Positions 54,754 to 64,000 of a DNA stretch of 64,000 bases are shown here, piece by piece. How positions within the stretch are numbered: position 1 is the stretch's first letter; every line of letters begins with the position of its first letter. Source of the stretch: Octopus vulgaris. Taxonomy: Eukaryota. The DNA lies in the NCBI GenBank assembly GCA_951406725.2, contig OX597826.1, positions 6,820,001 through 6,884,000 of the forward strand. Direction: 5' to 3'. The notes under the pieces are model-generated. The model made no database searches. It had not been told where the DNA came from and was given only the letters and a program-made list of their open reading frames with translations. Position numbers and translations under genes: made by a program.

Positions 54754-55574
54754 CATCACAGTGTCTATGTGTTTCCGAATTCATACATACACTGCATTTA
54801 ACTTGATAGACTTTTTAATAAGCGTATTAATATAGTTTTTAATGAAAACACAGCGACCTGAATAAAACAATCACGATAAAAGATTTCTCAGTATTTAAGG
54901 AAGCTGACAAATACAAACAAGAAATCATACCACCTAATAAACACAAAGAAGAAGAAGAAGATGATGAAGAAACAACAAAAGCTATAAAACAAATGAAATC
55001 CATAGAGTAAATTAATTAACCAATGACGAGATGAAAAGAATTAACTGCTATTCAGCAGTTAATTCTGATCCTCTGTACTTAGCAAACTCGTTCTGGCAAT
55101 TTGGAAGTTCGGAGTCGTTAAATATTTATCAATCGCGCAATTAAATGGATACATTTCCAAAATACTTTTCCCCACGAAATTTCAATTCAATATCAAACAC
55201 AAAACGGTAAGGCTGGGATTATAGATATTAATTTCAGGTCATTCAGTGGATTCATATGCATACATATTCACATTATATTATAATTACCTGTACAGTCGCG
55301 ATCGATTTGCCATAGATTTTAATTGATGTAACAGATATAATAAAAAAATCAAAAAGGAAACGTAGATTAATTGCTTGGTTTATTCTTTAATTAATTTTAA
55401 AGTAGATTTTAAAAGCATGGATACTAACTTGCCAGTGTTGGGAATAAAGTTCGCTTCTCAACCATGTAATTTCCTCTTCTGTACCTGCGGGCAGCTCAAG
55501 TCTTCTACTATAAATCTGATTAACTAATACCATGTGAATAAATTCACGTAAACTATAGAAAAACACACTTTCAC

Positions 55575-55612
<38 letters not shown>

Positions 55613-55712
55613 AACACACAGTTATACTTATATATCAAATTGAGTACAAAATAAGCCACGTTTTGAACCATGAAATTCATCACAATATATTTCAACAATG
55701 CGGAAATTTTGT

Positions 55713-56150
55713 TAATAAGTAAGTACCATTACAATCAACACATACTTACCAACGATTTACAAGTTCCTTTATTCCGGTAACATAATAATCTGGAGTTCTG
55801 GAGCTGATGGATTCTTTGAACGCACTTTCAGCATCGGTTTCATTTTTGAACTCTTTCCTTCACAGGAAATCATTCATGTGCTTGAAAAAGTGGTAGTCGG
55901 CAGAGAAATATCTGGGGAATAAGCTGGGTGGGGAAGAAATTTGTAGCCAAGTTCTCTCAACTTCTGGAGCGTATTTAGTGAAACGTGTGCATTGACACGA
56001 GAATAATTCACCATTTTCTGTTGACAAGTCAGGGACGGAGGAGTAGCAGTTTTTCGTTCATCTTGGCAACATAATGCCAATGTTTTTCTGCAGTAATAGA
56101 TTGTCCGAGTTTTAAGAAGTTATAGTGGATGAGTCCAGCAGTACACCACA
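55713..56150 (-). mobile_element. Degenerate mariner transposase, C-terminal catalytic part
   Basis: LWCTAGLIHYNFLKLGQSITAE, TLQKLRELGYKFLPHPAYSPDIS, GIKELVNRW*VCVDCNGTY. Confidence 0.88.
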
Positions 56151-57084
56151 AAACATGGTGTATTTTAAGGAAGCATGTGTTGCTGGGTTTTCTGTGTATT
56201 CGGCGTGTTTGTCGTCTTGGTCGCTTAAGCTGATTTACAAGGAATAGAGTGTACCTGTTGGTTTTCAATATCTCTAGGAAACGTGTAGTGTGAGTCCCCT
56301 TGTCCTATGTCCTGCTGCACTTGGTATGGATGCGCGAAAATTCATTTCTAGCGTATTCTATTTTCGCACCGTGAGGAAGGGTTGAACTGTACTGAACAAA
56401 CACATCACTTACTGGCTCCTTTCCTGTAGAACTCGGTGTGAATCACTCCATCTTCCGTTACTTTCAGTATGTATATAAATTTGTATGTATGTATGTATAT
56501 ATATATATGAAATGTAGGATAAAATCTTTATAAGAATTCAGCAAGTAGTTAGCGTGAAAAGCCTCATAAGGGAAACATTTATTAATTATTCCCTATATAT
56601 ATATATGTATATATACATATATATATATAATCCCAAAAATTCCACTGGTCAATAGCTATTGTATAATGAGAAACTCCATGCTATATGTTAATGATTATTG
56701 AAGTAATACATATTAGTAATATTGAAAGAAAGAAAACACCAAAAGATGGATGGATGAATAATTTACTTGTATGATAGAAAGATGTTGATTTTTTTAAAAA
56801 TAGCAATAGAAATAATTATAAGTTGTAAAGCTTAAAAATAAATGGAAGTTCCGAAACAAACTACATACATGAATTGGTTCTTGCTCCTAGTTGATATGTA
56901 ATTCTAAGCATTTGGTTATAAGCTAAGAATGGTATCATTTTTAACTCTATGGGCAGAATTTCTTCGATGTTTCTATGAGCTTATAGAACAAAGTTTAACA
57001 TATTTCTTGAAAGGATACTTACAAATATTAATAAGATTAAGAAGTTTGATCCTATATATAATGTAATTGAAAACTATATATCCG

Positions 57085-57270
57085 TTACTTTTATTACTTC
57101 CGTTGATTCATTCAACTGACTGCGATTAGGCTAGTCTACCCATTTGAATAATTTTAGTCAAATGAATCGATCCCTGAACTTATTTTTCAAGTCTAATACT
57201 TATGTCATCGGTTACTTTTGCCAAAGTGCTAAGTTACGGGTCATAAACACACCGACTCAGGAGCAAACAC
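57085..57270 (-). mobile_element. Degenerate SINE family A tail
   Basis: CTTTTGCCAAAGTGCTAAGTTACGGGTCATAAACACACC. Confidence 0.7.
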
Positions 57271-57513
57271 ACACACACACATACACTCACACCCACACAC
57301 ACATATGCACACGAGCATATATATATATATATATACATATATAGATTGATAGATATATAGATATAGACATATAGATACATATATATATATATGTGTGTGT
57401 ATAAGTTGTTTTGATTCTCTTTTCTAGCAATGCTGGTGCTTACGATCACCCTCCGTTAACTAATGATGACTATACTACTTGTCTTTCTGTTATAAATTGC
57501 GAACAGCTACCCA

Positions 57514-57574
<61 letters not shown>

Positions 57575-57899
57575 GTTCATTCTAGTATTTCCAATACAAT
57601 ATTTTTCTTTTTTTTTTCCGTTTCTGTGTTGAAGACACTCAAACACCCAAATTATTCAATTTGTTGAGTTATTTTTTTCGTTGTGATTTGAGAGATATTC
57701 GGCTGTTGTTACTTTCAACTGAACAAACACGTTAATACTTGCCAACTGAAGATGAGTTCAAAGGCGCCAGGTACATTAATAAACGAATAGGGATCTACGT
57801 AATCGCTGTGACAAAGATTATGTGGTACGTATTGGTAGATAAGACCATTGCTGAAGAGCAAAAAATTATTCAAGGATTGACAAAGTTATAGGAAAAATT

Positions 57900-58045
57900 T
57901 CCGCTATAGGATTTCCCAACATTTTGGAGACGACATTATAGGCGTAACATTTTAACTGATCAAGATCACTTTTACTGATTTCCTTTCAAATACAACAATT
58001 TTTCTCATGAGCTTTGCGTCTTTTCCTACAAAATCTGACGCACCC

Positions 58046-58048
<3 letters not shown>
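57900..58048 (+). mobile_element. Possible right end of a Tc1-type element
   Basis: Ends AAATCTGACGCACCCTG next to a TA tract (cf. CACCCTG-TA termini); no left TIR found. Confidence 0.35.
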
Positions 58049-58092
<44 letters not shown>

Positions 58093-59035
58093 AGATGGAT
58101 AAATGAATTATCTTGTTACGGATTATTCAAAATTTAATCGATACCTGGGTAGCAAAAATCACAACAGAAAAAACACGGTTGAGGTTACGACCATGGGGTG
58201 TCGCAACCGTGCCTTAGCGCGGATAATTGAAGTTTTATATATTGAAGTTTTCCATTTCTTCCCTTCACTAAATATATATATATATATATACACATACATA
58301 TGTACTCACATACGAAACGCACATTCATACGTGTGTACATTTGCTTAAATACGTAAGTATACACGCCCACACCCACCCATACCCACATATATATGTATGT
58401 ATGTAATTACAGACATACGTTACTTTCCTATATCTTTTCTCAAGATATCTTACTTTAATAAACCCACATTCCTCTGACTGAAATCCTGTCGAAATTACAG
58501 GAAATCATGTTTCATTTTTACTACTAATAAATAATGTTGTTTCTGTTTTTTTTCCCCCAAACAAAATTACCATTTGCTTCCGGTAAATTATCATTTACTT
58601 CTAACTCAACATTTTGTCAGACACAGAGACGCAGAGACACACCCTCGAAGACAAACACACATACACACCATTATATGGTTATATTATGGGTTATTGAATA
58701 CATGCAATTTGTTACTTTGAGTGAGAATGTATATCGAATGTCCCCACTAAATTTTAAGTAAACTTCCTGACATGATACTTGCTTAGTTCAGTGTCAACAT
58801 ATCAATATCCGCTTTAAATACGGCGAATATTTATCAAACTTTACATATGGAAAGCAGATAACATGCTTCCCCCAAAATTGTATATAAATATCTTATGACT
58901 GAGATGCTCAACATTTACATTTTAATATTAGTATCAATTCATTTTGATGCAGTCGGATATATTTTACGAAAGCAAGATCGTTGCAGACATAAAGTATCTG
59001 TATATATTTGTATATATATGGTCATATAAAAAGTA

Positions 59036-59037
<2 letters not shown>

Positions 59038-59092
<55 letters not shown>

Positions 59093-59174
59093 ATATATAT
59101 ACATATATGTATGTATATATATAGAGAGAGATAGATATAGGTATAGATATATTATATGTATATATATATACACA

Positions 59175-59211
<37 letters not shown>

Positions 59212-59274
59212 ATATATATATATACATATACTTGTATGTATATGTATATACATATATATATATATATGTGTGTG

Positions 59275-59343
<69 letters not shown>

Positions 59344-59465
59344 CGGTTTTCTTTCTTTCCGTCTACCAACTCTACGCACAAGGCTTTGACCGGCCCTAGG
59401 TTGTATTAGAAGAGACTTGCCCAACTTGCAACGTAGATGGACTAAATCCGTTACCACACAGCAAC
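59038..59465 (-). mobile_element. Degenerate family A head (59343-59465) with long TA tract
   Basis: TTTCCGTCTACCAACTCTACGCACAAGGCTTTGACCGGCCC..GACTTGCCCAA. Confidence 0.7.
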
Positions 59466-60283
59466 GCGTATTTGTGTGTGTGTGTCTGTGCGTGTGCGCG
59501 CGTGCGTGCGTGCGTGCGTGTGTGTGTGTATGAGTCTTTATCTTACATATACATCCAAACTCAAGATATTCAAATACAGCTGTATAGCCGCATTATAACC
59601 TACGTTTCTTATAGAAAGAATTCTATTTGCTATATCTTGAAGCACATTGATTTATAATATGTGCTAACAAAATGAGCAATTTTACCCAGATACAGATATG
59701 TAATTAATTCCTACAAAATCATGGACGTTCCTGTCCGAGTTCGTTGATAGGCGGAGTTGGGCTTATTGTATTTGCTAGAATTCTTCGATCGTCACCATCA
59801 ATCTTGTTATATCTTTCTGAGATTATACTTTTATTTTCTGTTATATCTCAGAAACAATGTCTTCCGTTCCTATCAAATTCAAACCTTCTCCTAATATTAG
59901 ATGAGAGTTTGGTCTGCACAACTGAAAACCAATGAGATATATATAAAGTAGAGTTTAGTGTTGCCCAATCCACTTTTCGTTGGCAGTTTTATTTTATGTA
60001 TACACTCATTGACTATAAAACAAGGTAGCAAATTATCCTAACACAGCAAGAGAATTCGCAGAACAAATCGGTTTAAACATTTAATAGTTTGAACAAGTTT
60101 TAACACTGATGTTACATATTTTGGCCATGATGAATGAAGATAACCGCATAGGTTTATATGCTCGTGAGAGCTAACAGTGACCTTCATGTGGCAGTGTGCC
60201 GAGTGACATCACGGTGGTTACTTCGCAAGTTGTGAAACTTGTGATTTTGTGATCACGTGTACGCTGCGATCTGAGATTTTGCA

Positions 60284-61361
60284 ATGGACAGGGAGCTGTG
60301 GCAAAGCACCAACGTGAAATTTCCTGTTAAACTTAGGAAGTCGGCTCCAGAAACATTGTATATGGTTCGGCAGTCTTACGGCGACGAAGCAATGACTCGT
60401 TCGTAATGTTTCAAGTGGCCTGGGTGCTTCAAAAGCGGGAAGACAATGAGCGATCTCTTCCTGGAAGACCTGTCACGAGCTTCACCTCCGGAAATGTAGA
60501 AGAAAAAAATTCATCAATCGTCGGAGGATAATCGACGACACTGCTGATGTTGTTCGTCTACCGTAAGGGACTGTACAGGAAATCGAAAAGTCTAAAATAA
60601 ACGTGAAGTGTGTCTCAGCCAAGTCTATCTGTCGCATGCTGACTACTAAACATAAAGAACATTGCATCGAAGTCTATCATGATCTCAGCTAGCATGCTGC
60701 TGTAGAATCATCCTTTACGTCGAGTATCATCGCCGTAGAGATGGATCTACGGGCACGACCCCGAGACGAAGCAGCAGTCGTCGCAATGAACGAGCCTTCC
60801 ATCTCCATCACCAAAGAAGGCACGACAGAGATGCAGCTCAATCAAAAGTATGCTCATAGATGTTTCGACATCCGCGTTATTGCGCATCGAGTATTCGTCC
60901 CCGAAGGCCAGATCGTCAATCGAGAGTTCTACTGTAACTTTCTGAAGTGTTCGAGGGAGGGCATTCGGCGAAAGCCACCGGATCTTTAGAGTGCGAAGAA
61001 GTAGATTATTCTCGATGACAACGTACCGTTACCGAGCTATCCTCACTTTTGATATTCTCACCCAAACATCATATCGCTTCTGCTCCCGCCCTATCTGCCA
61101 GATTTAGGTTAGCTCCTGCGGACTTCAATCTGTCCCCCAATATGAAAATGCAGCTCAAATGACACCATTTTAACACCGTTGTCGTAATCATGACACAGAA
61201 CGTCCTCAACTCGCTTACGGAAAACGACCACCAAGGCGGATTCCAAAAGTGGTAGGGACGCATAATAATTATTTCGAAGGAGATGATGTTAAAACTTAGA
61301 AAAATAAGTTGTTTTTTTTTATTAAACATAACTAGTTCAGGAATCTTTTGATACCACCACG
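60284..61361 (+). mobile_element. Near full-length degenerate mariner element
   Basis: MDRELWQSTNVKFPVKLRKSAPETLYMVRQSYGDEAMTRS*CFKW, HRVFVPEGQIVNREFYCNFLK, LAPADF.L.P.MK, YFEGD; right end TTTTGATACCACCACG-TA; left TIR not seen. Confidence 0.92.
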
Positions 61362-61975
61362 TATATTAAACATCAACGATAGATATGATACTGTCACCAA
61401 TTCTGCGTAGCGATTCTTGTGAGAATATACTGCATATTATTAGGCTGTTACATATTCATAGTGGTGGCATGCAGTTGGAGTTTAAGTAACGTAACTATGT
61501 TATAATTCTCGAGCCTAGCCATTATATTTCAAATGCTTTAGGAATGTCTCTCTGACAGTAGTATGAAACTTGTTTTGGAAAATAACAATGTGAGAATATA
61601 GTGCTTTAACATTCAGACACCTCGAATAGAACATAACAATTGAGACTTCAAGGTGGAAAAAAATAATTCCAGCGATATAACAATAGCAAATAAACATAAT
61701 ATTGCGTAGATGTAAACTGAAATGTCAAGTTACAATGATTTGTCTGTTGAACTAAAACATTATGGTATTAAACCAAAGCGTCTTTGTTATTCTGTTTGAA
61801 ACTGGACCAGCAAGAACTATGCTTAATAACTCCTTAAGAGCTCCACAAATTTCTTTAAGAATTTCACAATATACGTAGGGTTAGCGTATTATATTTTTGC
61901 TTCTGTTATTGGTTCAGACAATCTTTTGTAAGTTCAATAGCGTAGCGTGTAGATTACTCTGTTAAAATGCTTATT

Positions 61976-62129
61976 GATTTACTTCAATATTTAAATTTAA
62001 TTTGCTAAAATATTTTAGTCGCATTGAGACCATGACCTGTTCACTGACAAAATTTTGTCAGTGAGTAGGTCGCGGTCTCAAAGCGACGAAAATATTTTGG
62101 CAAATTAAATTTAAATATTGAAGTGAATC
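61976..62129. repeat. 154-bp spacerless palindrome (77-bp arms, ~8 mismatches)
   Basis: Centre CACTGACAAAA|TTTTGTCAGTG between 62052 and 62053; arms compared base by base. Confidence 0.95.
62054..62104 (+). ncRNA. Variant minimal hammerhead-like fold (mirror copy on minus strand, 62001-62051)
   Basis: Stem I TTTGTCA/TGGCAAA, core GTGAGTA (GTGAACA in the other arm), stem II GTCGC/GCGAC, GAAA, palindromic stem III AATATT, T at the cleavage position. Confidence 0.6.
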
Positions 62130-62827
62130 TAACGGTTTTCGTAGGTTTCTAAATGGCTTATAAACACCTTCCACGCTGCAATTGTTTTTGTTTCAGCACA
62201 CGATCTCAGACCAAGTACATCTCCGTAGTATTTATTTAGTGTTTTAAATTTATCAAAGATCATCTCGTAGCTTTGAGCTTTCAATATTTAAATTGACAAT
62301 GACATTGTATGATAGATGTAAAAGCCAGATCTGGCCAGTTTGAAGATAAAATAGGCAGGATATTTGGGTCTGACTGTTTGGTTTAAATGCTAAACAGTTA
62401 TACCTATTTATGGTGCGAATTTGTCAGGCTGATATAATAGATATCTATAAGTTTATGCATAAGAGCTTGAATATATAAAAGCATTTTCCGGTTGATAGCA
62501 GAACTAGGAACTGTAAACGTCGTTACGGTATTTACAGACAAAATCTGATTACATTAAGCGCATTGGTCAATGCTAATTATTACGATAACTTTCATAAACA
62601 AGAAAATTTCTATTCATTTTCTCCATCAAACTTCTTGGTTAATCTTGAATACGTTTCTTAACAATGGACATTTTCATTAACGTTGAATATCTTGGCGAAA
62701 CATAAATTTGTTAAACAGTAAGACGTGTAAGCCAATTATTTAAGCTTTAACTAATTCTTGTTCCCTGACTGAAAACACTTGATGTATGTTTCAAAACATG
62801 AAAAGCAAAAATGTTAATAATAATAAT

Positions 62828-63002
62828 CCATTCTAATATACGCACAAAGCCTGAAATTGGACAGGAACATATTTTCATCACATTTAGAAAGAATAAAATG
62901 TAAAGTCAACCTCTGCAGGATTCGATCCTATAACTTAAAGATAGACGAAGTGCAAGAAAGCTGCGTTCGTGCTAACGATTTGACCAGCTGACCACTTTGG
63001 TG

Positions 63003-63056
<54 letters not shown>

Positions 63057-63279
63057 AGAATGATTATAATTTTTTGGCACAAGACCAGCAATTTCGTTTG
63101 AGGTGAGTACGTGGATTATACCGATTCCTGTGCTCAACTGGTACTGATTTTATGGACTTGCAAAGGATGAAGGGCAAAGTCGACCTCGGTGGAATTTGAA
63201 TTCAGTAACGTAAATACGGACGAAATCCCACTAAGCTTCGTGTCCGTCATGCTTACGATTCTGCCACCTCACCGCCTTG
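62828..63279 (-). mobile_element. Two family B SINEs (62828-62995 degenerate, 63070-63279) separated by (TGG)n(TAG)n
   Basis: GATGAAGGGCAAAGTCGACCTCGGTGGAATTTGAA..GATTCTGCCACCTCACCGCCTT. Confidence 0.85.
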
Positions 63280-63315
<36 letters not shown>

Positions 63316-64000
63316 GTGATGATGTTTTGATATTTTCTTCCAGTTGTACAAATGCATGATATAAATGCATCAACCACAGGAGTTAATTTATTTCTAACTG
63401 CAAATATATAACAAAACAATTCTGCCAATGTTAGTATACACGGGAGACAATTGCGTATCTATTCATGGACAAGAATATAACTCTCAGAAGCCTAATTGCT
63501 CACGTACAAAACCTCCTCTCTCTTTCTTTCTTTCCTTCTCTCTCTCTCTCTCTCTGTATTACACTCTCTCTCTCTCTCTCTATCTTTCTCTCTCAAACAC
63601 AGATGTATATACATATACATGCCTCGGACACAGATGTATATATTACACCACACACACATTCACGCATATAAACGCACCGTATACGTATTCGAAAGTAGAG
63701 AAAAACATACAAACGCTCCCGCACACATATAATATACTAAATTACCGTGAACGTGACTAAATATACGACACAATGAAGGAGAAGCGTTAGTGAAAACTAA
63801 AGGTAAGATGCAGAAATAAGAAACTTATTTAAGCACACTAGAAATTCGCTTGCCGATTTGAGTGAAACTATTTCTAATTTTTCGATGACATCAATAAATA
63901 TTATGTTGCCACGTAAATCTAATTACCATTCCATTAATGTTATCAAACTGAAACCGTGTACGTACAACACACGTGTTTCCCGTTCGAACCCCCACCCGAG

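Overview
AT-rich, microsatellite-saturated eukaryotic DNA, intergenic or intronic. The repeat content (tRNA-derived SINEs with CORE-like and Meta-like domains, long (TA)n/(GATA)n/(AAT)n tracts) looks like an octopus or other coleoid cephalopod genome; that assignment is inference from repeat recognition. I find no intact host protein-coding gene. Nearly all ORFs in the track are microsatellite or SINE translations. The window holds dozens of copies of at least five SINE types, four mariner remnants (one a neat TIR/TA-flanked deletion derivative), a hAT MITE with an 8-bp TSD, a Gypsy integrase plus 3' LTR remnant, a CR1/L2-type RT remnant and several R4/Dong-like endonuclease fragments next to (TAA)n. 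The most unusual signals are three separate Penelope-type minimal hammerhead-ribozyme folds: (i) in the tail of a tRNA-Ile-headed SINE (25581-25626); (ii) duplicated head-to-head in a 154-bp spacerless palindrome, with an apparent G3:C8 core swap (61976-62129); (iii) downstream of a CRE+CCAAT tandem array and TATA box (9612-10417). There is also clear head/body/tail shuffling among SINEs, and SINE multimers inserted under a single TSD. All calls are by eye; no searches or folding were run.
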